Origin: Lama glama
Lineage: Eukaryota
Direction of reading: 5' to 3'
DNA: 64,000 nucleotides
Assembly (NCBI GenBank): GCA_028534125.1
Contig: CM052816.1
Span: 17,176,001 to 17,240,000, forward strand
The stretch's first letter is position 1. Every line of letters begins with the position of its first letter. Shown piece by piece: positions 49,546-63,154 of this stretch. Position numbers and translations under genes: made by a program. Under the pieces are notes generated by a model. The model was not told where the DNA came from, did no database searches, and saw nothing but the letters and a program-made list of their open reading frames with translations.

Positions 49546-52119
49546 AATGCAAGTTCTTAACAACCTGGACAGTTCTATCAGTGGAACAGTGTCCCTGAGA
49601 AGATAGAGAACCCACAAATCACAAATGTTAAAAAAAAAAAAAGTGTCATTTTGGAACCAGAACTCAGCACTAGCAGAGCACCACTTACAATCCAAATATT
49701 TACTCTAAAGACTTAGACCATTCAGGCCCCAGATACACCTCTCCATCAGTTGCCCCATGCCCTCGAAACAAAAGGTGATTATGTCTGAATGTCATGAAAG
49801 ATATGGGCTGTTGATGTTGGTGATGGATTCCGCTTTGGAGTATGGGGATGATTTGAGTGACAGAAGTTCTTAGGTGAGAGAAAACACGAATGAATTAATT
49901 TAGCATAAATGCAGAGTCTTGTATAATGAATTATCATTTTCTAGTACTGCTAAACATCCATTTTCTTATTTCTCTTTGTATTCCAATTTGTGGTTCTACT
50001 CACAAATTAGGGTGATATTTGTAACAGTGGTCCATGGCAGCTGAGGAATATTTTGCAATATTAAAGAATTTATATTACTCTTAAATTTTATGTATGAAAG
50101 TCAAGACATAATATATGTGATACTAGTTGTTGACGTTGACAGTGGATGAACCTTGAATGCTAGAATTGTGAGTAGTTCTATTTTTGTGAAAATACGCAAT
50201 AGGATTTAATTTGTTTTTTAAAAGATTACATAAGAGTTTCAAGTTTACTATAATAATTTTACTTAAAATTTGGTATTTGCTAATTTATATATTGCTTTTT
50301 AATTTTATAGATCATTTTGAGCAGTTTAGAAAAAAGATATGAAAATATGAAAATGATTTTAATTTTTGATTTTTTCATGTTCAGTATATATTTTTTCAAG
50401 ACAGTGTCTTCAAATTTTATACATTTTGAATAAATTACATTTTATTTTAATACTATAGATGATGAGAAAAGCTTACTTATAACAACATAACTAGTGATTT
50501 TGATGAAATTAAGGTAAGAAAAATAAATTTTATGGAATATATTGTAATTTGTGGATTATGTATGTCTTTATTTTATAATTCATTTATATATTGCCAAGTC
50601 GTCAACATTATATCCAGACATGTGCAGTAATACTTACATTCAACTGTCTTGATATTTTGTCAACTTTTAATTATATAAAAATCATAGCTTTACACTGTTT
50701 TTTAATCTTGTCAAGTTAAGTAGATTAAACATTTTATTTAATAGGTTGTTTGTTATATAACTTTCAAATTTTTGGAGGTATGGTATGAGCTTCCATTTAT
50801 GCTCTTGCCCTGGACTGTGCAAATATTAGGCATGAATCTGTCTAGAAGTATTTTATTTATTTTAAATTTTTATTATTTTATTATTTTATTTAATTATTTT
50901 AGAGTAAATGTTTTTTATTTTAAATGTAAGAACATTATTTTTTAAAAACTTGGGAAATAATATAAGGGGGAAAATAATCAATATTACCATTTTGGTGTAA
51001 TCAAATTTAGCCCTTTAGAGGATTAGCTTCTCCAAAATGTGTCTGAAATGCATCCTTTTCTCTTCATTACTGTTATATTTGTGCAGGTCATCATCATTTC
51101 TCACCAAAACTAAGGCAATAATGTAGTTACTTGTCTCTCTACATTTTCTTTTACTTCCTCCTAGTCCTTTCTCCACACTGTATCAGAGTAAATTTTGAAA
51201 AAAAATGTCATATCACTTCTTTACATAAAGACTTTCATCAATATCTAATTGCTATTGTTTGAGAAAATCCAAATTCGTTACTATTGCTTATGAAGTCTTA
51301 TACGATGTCGTTCCTGTCTATCTCTTCAACTTTATCTCATCTCTCTTCTTCCTCACAATCTAAGTCCTTTCCGAGACCAGTTTTAGGGAGAAGTTTTAAT
51401 TGGGGACAGAGTATCTTCTTCACTCTATAAGAGGAACTCTGCGAGCTGGTGGGTAGCTTGATTGTTGAATGGCAGCTAAAGTAATCCTTTATTGTTTATT
51501 TTTTTTGACAATAGCTACTTTCATACCTATCTTAGCCATAGGATCCCACCTTCTCATACCTCGCTTTGTTGATGGGTAATCAGGTTTGTAGGGGAAAGGT
51601 AGAGGTAGGGATGGGAATTGGTAACATAGATCAGGACATATTTCAAAGATACTATTCCTTTAACAATAATAGTCCATTTAATGGGTAGAGTATAATCTAA
51701 CATGTTTCCTATTGATGGTCCCCTGACCGCCCCCCCCCCATTGGAAACAACAACACATTATAAACAACGATTTAGCCCACATTCATCTCTAGGAATTATC
51801 CTAAGGAAGTAACAGTCTGGGATACAGTGATGTTTGAGCATGTTGGATATGTCCATATATCCAGACCTACTCTATGTCCTATGAAGCTATCTATGGCAGA
51901 CAAATATGTCAAAGCATGAAAACCTCCAAAGAACTTTTTACTAGTTTCATTTGTAATGTTGGGATCAGTTAAGTCCAAATATTCTTTTCATCTCTGTTAT
52001 CCTTGGGTATTCCTTAAAATGTAAGCCCCTCCAGCCAGTGTGCCCCTCCTGCACCCTCTTGCCCAATTCATTCAGAGCTTCACATGGTCCTTCTTGGAGA
52101 ATATACATATATATGTATT

Positions 52120-52732
52120 CAGTTGATCCTCAGTCAAGGATTCCATATTTATGAATTCACGTATTCTCTACAATTTATTTGTAACCCCTAAGTCCATACT
52201 CAGGGTCATTTGTAGACATGTGCAGAGTGGTAAAAAGTTTGGATCACATGAGGAGCATGTTCACTGTTAAGTTTGAATAAGGCAGTTGTTCTCCCTTCTC
52301 ATTTCATCTCTCCTACTGAAAACATATTCTTTTGGTGGTCTGTTTAATGCTATATTTTTCATATTTTTCTGCTTTTTGATGATGATTTCACTGTTAAAAT
52401 GGTTTCCCCAAGTGTAGTGCTGAAGTGCATTCTGGTGTTTTTCAGTGCAAAAATGCTGTGATGGGCCTTATAGAGAAAATACATGTGTTAGATACTAACT
52501 TTGTTCAGACATGACTTATACTGCTGTTGCCATGAGCATATTAAATAAAGTTTCTTTAAATGGAAGTACTCAAAACAAGGTTATGTGTTGATCACTTAAT
52601 GAAAATGTGACTAGAGGCTTACAGGATCCTAACCCTGTATTTCCCCATAAGAACAGTGTCTTAGTATTCACTAATTGAGTGTTCAACGTAACTTTGTAGA
52701 ACTTAACTACCACATATAATAAGAATCAGAAT
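52120..52732. mobile_element. MER82-like TcMar-Tigger DNA transposon
   Basis: Begins cagttgatcctc...ggattccatatttatgaattcac and ends aataagaatcaga. The internal sequence is colinear with the MER82 consensus as I recall it. Confidence 0.75.
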
Positions 52733-52899
52733 TATTGATTTATCCATCTTTGTATTTATTTATACCTCCCTATTGCCATTTTAGACAACTTCTTTTTCAA
52801 CTTTGTGGAATTTCAGTCCATTTGGGTGTACCCCCCTAACCTTTTACTTTGCTATCATTTTCTGATGCACTTTATTATCTTCTCTCTCACCCCTAATTT

Positions 52900-54790
52900 C
52901 AACAAAGATTAATGAAGTTAAATTGATCAATCTTCAGTGTTTTTTGCATCTTATTTAAGAAATTCTTCCCTATCCTAAGGTCATGAAGATATTCTCCTAT
53001 ATAGTCTTTTAAAAGCTTTTCAGTTTTGACTTTCACATTTAGGTTTATAATCTACTTGGAATTGATATTTTGGTGGTGTAAAGTAGTACAATTTAATTTT
53101 GTTCTCATAGATATTTGATTGTTCCAGAACCATTTATTGAAAAGACATCTTTTCCCCAGGACTTCACAATGTCATCTCTGTCATTTATCAAAGGTCTAAA
53201 TAGGTATAAGTCTATTTCTGGTTATTTTGTTCTGTTTGTCTGTTTGATCACTCGTGTCAATATCACATTGTATTAATTACTATATTTTATTAGTCTTAGA
53301 ATAAATCCTCCTACCTTGTTTTACTTTTCAAAAGTATCATGGCTAATTATGATCCTTTGTGTTTCCTTGTAAATTGTAGCATCAGCTTTTTAAATCCTAT
53401 AAATAAACTGCTAGTGACTTCTATTGGAATTGTGTTGACTCTGTACTTCATTTTGAGAGGTGAAATGTCTCCAGGGTTGTGTCTTCCAAATTCCATAAAT
53501 ATGGTATATCTGTGTCTTCAGGTCTATAAATTCTCTCAATGAAGTTTATAATTTCCATATTGCGATTGGCATCTTTAAAGATTTATTTGTAGATACTTCA
53601 TATATGTTATGCTAGCATAGCTGATATTTAAAATTGTTTTCATTTTTAAAATTGTTACTGATGTATAGCAATACAGTTGATTCTGCAAATTCATTTTGTA
53701 GTTAGCCATCTTGCTAAAATGTCTTAATAATTTATCTTTAGATAGTCTTAATTTTTCCACATTTATGATCCTATTGAGAGGAGGGAAGTGGGAGGGCACA
53801 ACCACTGAAGGAATGACAGCACAATTGAGGACAGGACAAACTGGTTAGAACCAAGACGGTGGAAGATTCGACTTCCAGTAGACCTTGAGCCTCATGGCAC
53901 ACCCATAGGTGCCATGACAGTTCCTAGGCTGACTGCAAAAGGTCAAAAAGTGGGCGGGGGCCCAGTTCCTGGAAATCCTCACCCCTTAGTTGACATAGTT
54001 GGAATAATTCTACTCGTTACCCTATGAAATTACTGAGCCCATAAAAACTAACAATCCTGTGCCATGTGGTTTCTCTCTCTTGCCTTCATCATTTGCAAAT
54101 AATGATAGTTTTATTTTTCTCTTTCTCGTCCTTATTTTAAAGTTACATATCCTTGCCTTACTGGTCTGGCTAGACCCTCCAGTACAATGTTGAATAAAAA
54201 GTAGTTTCAACAGGCATCATTTAAAGGCAAAGCTGTAAATATTTCGCCATTAAGTCTATTGTTTATTGTAAGTTTTTTGTAAATGTCTCTTTCAGGCTAA
54301 GAAAATTCTTTTCTCAGTTTACTAAGATTTATTTTAAAAAAATCTTGAATAGATATTAACTTTTATCAAATACATTTTCTGTTATTATTAGGATAATCAT
54401 ATTATTCCTCTATTCTGTTATTATGTTTAATAAGATTAATAGTCTGTTGCTAAATTGAATTTGTACTGTTTAGATAAACACAAATTAATCATGATGTGTT
54501 AGCCTCTTTATTCATTGCAGTTTTCTATGTGCTAATATTTTGTTTAGAAAGTTTGCATTTTGTTCTAAAGTGAGCTTACCTGTAAGTTCTCCTTTTTCTT
54601 ACTGTCCTTAGTGAATTTTGGTTTCAGAATTATGCTAATCTCATAAAATAAATTTGAAAAGTACTCTCTTTTTTAGTCTTTAAAAGAATTTGGATTTTAT
54701 TAAACTTATTTCTCCCTTCAATATTTGTAGACACTGATGGTGAAGTCATTGTGCCTATAGATTTCTTTGTGGGAAGATCTTTGGGAAAAA
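52900..54790 (-). mobile_element. Old L1 fragment interrupted by an ERV LTR fragment (~53774-54085)
   Basis: Antisense L1 ORF2 motifs on both sides. The GC-richer insert starts tgagaggagggaagtggg and contains the LTR-like aaccaagacggtggaag. Confidence 0.65.
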
Positions 54791-55470
54791 TAGAATGTTG
54801 TGAGAGTTAGTTACTATTGGTTGCATTTGATAGATAAGATATGACAAGAAAGAGATGGGCTCAAAAAAGAACTAGCTGATTTGCAAGTAGAAAAAGAATT
54901 TAATTCCTTAATTTTAAAGGAAATTAAGAGAGCACAGAAATTCAGAACTTGCAGGTTTGGATGAGATAAGTGATTCTCATCTCCATCTAGTAAAAGATAA
55001 ACTAAAGCCTTTGGATGATAAAATCTGGTTAAAAATGCTTAGCCTTTAAAGCAAGGATCACATCAAGGATGTGAACAGACACTTATTGTTAAAAACCTAT
55101 GAGTGGATTAAAGTGATAATTTATTAAGTCCTTTTTAGTTTGACAGAATTATCAAGGAAAAGAGACTAGACCTTGTCTATCCCAGCAGAAGCTTGATAGG
55201 CTAAAGTATCTGAATGAGGGAGGATTGTCTTAAAAAGAATTTTGGTTGTGGCTATTAGTATAGGGAGCTGATTAAAATAAAATAAATGAGTAAGTCACGC
55301 ATATTTTGAGAAAGAACTGTATGTCAAAAATATTACCAGCCTAGATTATAAGTCTGCTATGACTGTTACCGAGTTCAAACTCAGTTCTGCTCACCACAGG
55401 GCAAGCCAATAAATCAGGAGATGAGGTGTTGGGGAAAGGAATAGTGTCTTTATTTGGAAAGTGGGCAGAC

Positions 55471-56064
55471 TGTTACGGAAATGACAGGCCAGCCAAGAAA
55501 CAAGCACCACTCGGAGGGTTGGAGTACTCAGATTTATTACGCCGGTGGGCTCAGAGGGGCTTCTGCTCCGAAGCTCTGAGCACCTCCAAGACGTGCACAT
55601 GAGGTTTTAGGGTTAATTACAAGTATGGGCTACNNNNNNNNNNNNNNNNNNNNNNNNNNNNNNNNNNNNNNNNNNNNNNNNNNNNNNNNNNNNNNNNNNN
55701 NNNNNNNNNNNNNNNNNNNNNNNNNNNNNNNNNACAACAAAAAGCAAGGAATCAGTACACTGAAGCTTATCAATTCGGAACAGATCACGTTACTGACACT
55801 TGTTGAGCTTGGATTTACGAGTTAGCTTGTTAGCCCAGTAAACTGACACTAAACTTTAGATTTACAAGTTAGCCCGGCAGAACTTATATCAGTAAACCGA
55901 CACTTATCACACTTAGATTTGTGACTGAGCTCTTTAGCCCAAAAGACTGACACTAAACTTCAGATTTATGAGTTAGCCCAGCAGAACTCAGATCAGTAAT
56001 CCGACACTTGTTACATTTAGATTTGTGAGTTATCTTGTTAGCCCAGCTGGGCTTTTTCTTCACA
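55471..56064 (-). mobile_element. Nested solo ERV1-like LTR with internal tandem repeats; spans the assembly gap
   Basis: TG...CA termini and a 4-bp TSD agac (55467-55470, 56065-56068). Repeated gacact...agattt..gagttagccc units at ~55790-56045. Confidence 0.75.
55634..55733. other. Assembly gap (100 N)
   Basis: Run of N read directly. Confidence 1.
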
Positions 56065-57676
56065 AGACCACTTTATTTGGAAAGCCGCAGACCACTTTAT
56101 TTGGAAAGCCGGCAGGCCAAGAGGATGGCAGACTAATGCCTTGGAGAACCATCCTGCTCTAGTCAGAATATAAGATCCTTTTATACAAAAAATAAGGGAG
56201 GGGGAGGGAAAATAAGGGAGGGGGTATGGTTGACTGTTGTAATCTTCTTGCTGCAGGCATTCTTTGTTCTTGCAGCCATCCCTGTTGGCTAGGTCATGGT
56301 GTCCCTGTGAACCTCCAACAAAACAAAGGTTATTCTCTACTACACAACTGTTGGCCCCAATATTCTATGGGAAGGAAACACACAGAGAAAGCTGCTAAGT
56401 TCTCAAGGAGGGAATATTTTTTAGTGCCCTCTTTACAGTGACCAAGAATAACTGAAAAGGAATGTTGTGCCAAAGGGCAGGGCCATGTTGAACAATGGAT
56501 TAGGGAGTCACTGCTGGGGAGTGAAATCAGGACCTATTCAAGAAATATTCCCCTTCCCCAGAGTAGGAATCCCTTGTAATCATCTGCCCAGTGGGATTTT
56601 AGGATTGTGTCTTCCATCTTTCTTCTTTCCAAATGGAAGTATTTATTGCAGTTATCCTGACCCTGTTCCACTATTGTGTATATATTTGGGTGGGGTCAAA
56701 CAGAAGTGTTCATAGGTATCTAGGGTAAAATGAATCTCATTTAGACCTGATGTAGAGATGAACACGTATCACTCAGGGATCTTGGACTTTGAGCTCAAGG
56801 TAGTGACTTTGTAGAACTTTACTGTTTTCTCCCTTGGCAAGGAGGTAATTATATTTGTATGTGACAGAGGGTGAGAACTGAATATTTAAAGATAAAAAAG
56901 GTGGCTTGTAATAGATTTTTCTTTATTATTCATGAAATTTGGTGCACTTTCTTACAAGAGGATCGTACTTGAAAAGTGAGAAGTGACATATGTTGCTTTC
57001 TAGTAGAAGATTTAAGGGTCAGCATGTGCTTGGCCATACTCTGTTTCTCTTCTTCCATAAAAAGCATCAATATTTCAGATAATGGCTTATCTATCAGATT
57101 TGGTTCCACAGCAGAAAAGATGTGGATCAGTTCTGCATCTGACCCACAGTAACCACGGAAAAAAAAACAAATATTGGTAGTTGTAAGCCATGTGATTTTG
57201 GAGTCATTTATTACTGCCACATGACAGCCTCCCATGGCTAATACAGCTATGCTTACAATGTTAAAAGAGATAGAATACAAGCCTAAACTGTCTGCAGAGA
57301 ATTGAAAATTATTAAAAAACAAAACAAAACAAAAACAAAGTATTTGAAAAAGAGCCAAATAGAACTTCTAGAAATGATGAATAAGTCATCCAATAAAGAC
57401 TCAGTTGAAGGATTTGACAGAAGATTGAGCAAAGCTCAAAGAGAGAATTAATGAACTAGAGGATATATCAGAAGATATTATACAGAATGCCTTGAAGAGA
57501 GACAGAAAGATTGAAAATACAGAAGAGAAATTAAGATGTGTGGTGGATAGAGTAAGAGGACTTGTCATTCATTTAGTTGGGGTTTCATAAGGAAAGATGA
57601 GAAAGAATGGGGCAGAAGCAATATCTGAAGATGTGATTACTGAAAGTATTTTAGAATGAATTAAATAAGCTCAACA

Positions 57677-57941
57677 CTTAACGGTTACCAGCGGGGAAGA
57701 GGGTGGGTGGGAAGGGATAAGCTGGGAGTTGGAGATTTGCAGATACTGACTGGTCTATATAAAATAGATAAACAAGTTTATACTGTATAGCATGGGGGAT
57801 TATATTCGATATCTTGTAGTAGCTTATGGTGAAAAAGAATATGAAAACAAGTATGTGTATATTCATATATGACAAGCATTGTGCTGTACACCAGAAATTG
57901 ACACAGTATTGTAAACTGACTATATTTCAATAATAAATTAA
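57677..57941 (+). mobile_element. Short camelid-type L1 3' end inserted in an old L1 (~57260-59130)
   Basis: Same 3'UTR type as 18230-18460. TSD taaataag(c/a)tcaaca at 57662-57676 and 57942-57956. Confidence 0.85.
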
Positions 57942-59705
57942 TAAATAAGATCAACAATCCCAAGTAAATAAAAAGAAATCCACCTAAGACACGTTATAGA
58001 AACTGCAGTAAATAATAAGCAAATAGTATTAGCAGCACCAGAGGAAAAGCGTGGATTATTTTCAAAGCAGCAGCAGTTGGATTAGTAAATTCACTTCCTA
58101 ATTGCAGCAGTGGAAACCAGGTGCTAATGAAACAGCATCTTTATTTTATGTATCTATTTTTCTAAAATTTTTTTATTGAGTTGACACTGGTTTATTACAT
58201 TATGTTTCATGTGTACAGCATTATAATTCTACTTCTGTATACCTTATAGCATGCTCACCACCAAAAAATCTAGTTTCTGTCTGTTACCATACAGTTGATT
58301 CCCTTTACCCATTTTACTCTCTTCCCCACCATTCCCCACCCCTCAGCCGCTCTGCAACTCCTTGTCCCCTGGTAACCTTGACTCTGTTATCTGAATCTAT
58401 ATGTTTATTTTGGTTTGGTTTGGTTTGTTCTGGTTTGTTTGTTTATTTTGTATTTGTGTCTGTCTGCTTTTTATATTCTGTGAATGAACAAAATCCCAGA
58501 TGAGGCCCATCCATGTTATTGCAACTGGTAAGATTTTATCATTTTTTTTTAATATTGCATTTTGTTTGTGTGTGTATGTGTATTATATCTTCTTTATCCA
58601 TGCAATAGTATTTTTAAAGAGCTGACATAAAATATCTGCCAATCTGGAACTTATACTAAACAGAAATATTTTTCAAGAATGAAGGCAAAATAAAGACATT
58701 TTTCCAGACAAAAGCTAAGAGAGTTCATCTCTAGCAGATGCTCACAATGGGAAATTTTAAAAGACGTGCTTCAGAGAGAAGGAAAGTGATCCTGAGGGAA
58801 GATCTGAGATACCAGAAGGAAAGAAGAACAAAGAAGGTGGCAAATATATGGGTAAATCTAACGAACACTAATTATATAAAACAGTAGTAATAATGTCCCA
58901 GTAGGGTTAGAAAATTAAAATACACAACATTAACAATAATATAATCCAGGAGGGGGATAATGCATTTTAAATGATCCTCATATCACCTAAGGATAAGATA
59001 AAGATATTCATTAACGTTAGTTTTGATAAATTAAATATGCATACAGTAATTTCTGGGATAACTGCTAAACAATGAAAACAGTTTATAATTTCCAAACCAG
59101 TAGATGAAGAAAAAGGGATAATAAAATATTCATTCTTTACAGTGTGAGGGTTATCAAAGCAGCAAGGATGACCTGAGGGTTTCTGGCTTTGGTAAGCAGG
59201 TGGATGACAGTATTCCTAACTGAATTAGGGAACAGGAGAAGAGACAATGTGGAAGGAGAGGGTGAGTTCAGTGTGGGACAAGTTGAATTTGAGGTGCTTG
59301 AGGGACAGCCAAGTGTCAGGAGGTCAGGGCCAAGGCAGTGGGTTTTGGTTTTCTGACCTTTTAATTTTGGTTTTTGGTAGTTTTTTTCTTTTAAGCTGCA
59401 GTGATCCTTAGTTCCTTCTGAACTTACGCATTTGCCTAACTATTCTGAGGTCATCTTGGGTATAGTGTTTTGATGTACATTTTTAATCGATTATCCAAAT
59501 ACCCACTGAAGGAAAATCGCAAAGTTAATGTCTCTGGAAGCTTTTAAACATAAGGTGCTTTTCTATTCCAAGATGTTTGGATTTGCCCCCTAACCAGAGG
59601 GCTGGACTTCTCCAAGTATAAGAAAAGAAAAGGGTTGGTTGGTTTCAGGGGAGTTTTTTTGGTTTTTGTCTTTTTGATATTTAGGAATTTATTCTTTGCT
59701 CTTCT

Positions 59706-59721
59706 CTGCCATCTGGTGGCA
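59706..59721 (-). promoter_or_regulatory. Candidate CTCF site, reverse orientation
   Basis: The minus strand reads TGCCACCAGATGGCAG, a full match to CCASYAGRKGGCRS, in apparently unique sequence. Confidence 0.6.
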
Positions 59722-60168
59722 TATGAATGGAAAGTTGCATTTGGAGAGAAAATAAGGAATTTCAGCTATATATAACAAATATGTATATACAACTTATTGA
59801 ATATATAATATATTGGATATATATGCTATGTATAATATATAAAATATGTAATTTATTGAAGAGAAGCAATAAATGGTTGTGTGTGTTTGTGATTCCAAAC
59901 ATTGAAACCACCAAATCAGTTTTAAGGCACAGAAATTTGTCTGTCTGTGATATTTTTTGGCTTCTGTACCTACTCTTCTTTTGCCTCCCTTGTCTTGCTT
60001 CAGCATCTGGCATTTTCAACCTCATATGTAGTGCCGAGTAAACTAAGTAATCAAAGTTAAAATTTTCCTTAAGTGCTTCTCTTAATTAAATCAAGGTTAG
60101 TTTTTTGAACTATATGAATGTGTAGCCTACTTCTCCCTGAGCATCTTCTCTTCTGTCTCTGTAGCCTT

Positions 60169-60744
60169 GTGGAGGCAGAATAACGACCCTCCAAAGGTGT
60201 CTTCAGCCTAATCCCCAGACCCATGAATGTGTTACATTACATGGCAAAAAGTGCTTTATAGATGTGATAAGGTTAAGGACCTTGAGATAGGGAGACTCTT
60301 TTGGATTATATGGGTGGATACAATCTAATCATATGAACACCTTTGCTGGTTGTAGTCAAAAGAGCCAGAGGGAGAAAGAGAAAGGGGGAGAGAGAGAAAG
60401 AAAGAAGCAGAGAAAGAAAGAGAAAAGATAGCTAGCTAACTAGGACAATGAAAGAAGGAGCAGGAGAAATTTAAAGTATGAAAGGAAACAGACTCACTGT
60501 TGCTGGCTTTGAAGATGGAGGAAGGGGGCCATGAGCCAAGGAATGTGAACAGCCTCTAGGAGGAAACAAGTTTCTCCTCTAGAGCTTCCAGAAAGGAATG
60601 CAGCCCTGCTAATACCTTTATTTTAACCCAGTGAAATTGATATGAGATGTTTGACTCACAGAATTGTAAGATAATAAATTGTGTTATTTTAAACCACTAT
60701 TAGGTTTGAGGTAATTTGTTATGGCAATGATAGAGAACTAATTT
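60169..60744 (+). mobile_element. MLT1C/D-like MaLR LTR
   Basis: gtgttacattacatggcaaaaag...gctggctttgaagatggaggaagggggccatgagccaaggaatg...ggtaatttgttatggcaatgatagagaactaat. Confidence 0.85.
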
Positions 60745-61392
60745 CAGCCTCCATTCCATGTTTTGATTAGAATTGGGAATGAAAGCTTAGATTGGGAGGA
60801 TTGCAGAGCTAGCTTGAATTTGGGCTAGTGGCAAACCTAAGGAACTGGAAGTAGGGTAGTAATAAACTAGTTTCTTTGTCAAATTTAATGTTGCTCCTCT
60901 CTTTCCAGGTTATGTTGTGACCCTTCAAGTGCCTATTACCCTCTTATTTTTACCCTTCTCTTCCAGGTTATGTTTTGGCTTCCTTTTCAAAACTTTTTCC
61001 TCCTCTATTCTTGCCCAAAGGCAAGAGTTTGGACAGATTAAGTTATATTATGAATATTCGTTGAATACCTACACACGAGGGTAGTTCACAGTCCAACTTT
61101 GAAGAGTCATCATTTAGTGGGGGAAGCAGACAAATACTTCAGATCTTCCTGATGAAAGATATAATATAGGTAAGCATAGGTTGCTTGAGGAATGTGTGAA
61201 AGGCACCTAACCCAGCCAGTGAATTCAGGGGGCTGACTGAATATCTAAACTCATTATCTGAAATCTTACATGGGTACTCATCACTTCCTGGAAATCCTAC
61301 TTAATTTTCTGGCAATCTTATATTCATTCTCCCACACTCAGAAACAAGTATTTCTCATCTTCTCTCTCTGCAAGCCTTCTCCTTTCCTCCTT

Positions 61393-62560
61393 ATGGTGGT
61401 CTAAGATATGTCCACAAATGATTCGATTATCTTCCTTTCAAGGCGTGGAGCTTCATTCTCTTCTTGAGTATGGGCTGGACCTAGTGGCTCATTTCAAACA
61501 AATTAATATGGCAGAAGTGACTGTGTATATGTACATATATCACATCATCGCATCGTACTCTTTAACTGACAACTAAAACTGCAGTATGGTTATACCTTGG
61601 TGAAGCCTGAAAATAAAGGAAGTGACTGTATGACTTCTGAAACTAGGTCATAAGAAGCACCGTAACTTTCCTTCCTCTCCCTCTCTCTTGAATGTTCACT
61701 TCAGGAGAAGGCCAAGTACCATGTCAGAGCATCTCTGTGGAGAGAGCGACATGGCAAGGAACTGAGGCCAGCTGCCAAGAGCTATGTGAGTGAGCTCTCA
61801 TAGAAGCGAATCCCCCAGCCCTGGCTGACATCTTGATGATAACCTCTTGTGAGACCCTGACCCAAAATCACTCATCTCAATACCTCACAAATTGCTGACT
61901 CACGGAAACTATGAGATAATAAATATTTGTTGTTTTAAGCTGCTAAGTTTGAGTGATTTGTCATAGGGAACTAATATAGATCTTGGTGCTTGGAAGTGGA
62001 GTTCCTCTGCAACAAAGACCTAAAAATGTGGGAGTCGTTTAGGAACTAAACAGTAGGCAGAAGGTGGAAGGACTTTGAGGAGAATGTTAGAGAAGAGTAG
62101 AAGAAGCTTGAATAGTTTGTGAGAAGAAGTGTGATGGCCTTTCAGAAGACTGTGGGTGAAATCTTAAGGGAAGTGAGGAAAATATTAGTGGAAGCTGAAG
62201 GCAAGGTCATCCTTTATATGTAGAGGCAGAAAGTTCAGCAACACAGCTGTGTTAATGTAGAAAGTAGCAAATGTACATAAAGAACTCGGTCATTTAGCTG
62301 AGGAAATTTGCAGGCAGACTGTTGAAGATGTTACCTGGTTTCTTCTTGCTGTTTAAGATAAAATGTTGAGAGAGACGTTAAAGAAAAGATGGTGAAACAG
62401 AAAGGAGCCAGGACTTATTGGTCTTAAAATTATTTCTAGCATCTCCAAAAAGTAAATGAGCACATGATTCTAAATTTAAGAATTGGTTTCTAGGCAAAGA
62501 TCAAATCTAGGAAACTGTGAAGAACACATGATCTCATGAGCTGCTAAGGTCTGGAAAGTA
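61393..62560 (+). mobile_element. MLT1-type LTR (~61393-61980) followed by MaLR internal sequence
   Basis: LTR end aaactatgagataataaatatttgttgttttaagctgctaagttt, then an MLT-int-like tcttggtgcttggaagtggag...aaatgtgggagt. Confidence 0.7.
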
Positions 62561-63154
62561 ATTTTGTTATTCAGCAATATAATCAATACCCTTTTTCATC
62601 CTTCCCCTAATTTGATCACCTTGCTTCTGGCCCTCATGAAGAAAATGGCCACTCCCCTCTCATCTCCTGAACACTGTCTCCTGTCTACAGAGATACATGC
62701 CTCGGCTCTCTGCCTTCTGCCTCCTGAAGGGCAGTTGTGGCAGCCTCTTCATTTGTGCTTTTTCATCATCCTGTGTTCAAAGACTTGATTCAACAACATT
62801 TTCTCTTTCACTATCAGTTTCTCTCTTTATATTGACTAATTTTCATCAACAAACATGCTGTTTTATCTCCCATCTTATGAAAATAAATCCTCCCTTTATT
62901 TCATATCCCTCTGTAACATTACCCCATTTCTCTGCAACCCTTTGCAACAAAACTTCCTCGCTTCTCAAAAAAAACTTCCTCGCTTCTCATTCCCTCTCAG
63001 TCCACCCTAATTTGCCTTCTGTCTCCATCACTCCTCTAAACATGTGTTTGTCAAGGTTACAAAGGACTTTCATGCTAACCAATCCAATGGTCCCTATTCT
63101 AACCTTAGCTGATATCTCAGCAGTATTTGCTTTAGATGACCTCTCCCTTATCTT

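Larger units (their letters stand above)
55363..56350 (-). mobile_element. ERV1-type LTR carrying a nested younger LTR, embedded in MaLR internal remnants
   Basis: Starts tgttaccgag; minus-strand AATAAA (ctttatttggaaag). Resumes after the nested element at 56065. Confidence 0.65.

Noticed and set aside
50020..50830. Possible hAT-Tip100-like DNA transposon fossil
   Set aside because: Too degenerate to define termini or family by eye.
55790..56045. Repeat-spacer-like array
   Set aside because: Degenerate LTR tandem repeats without unique spacers, in a mammalian genome; not CRISPR.
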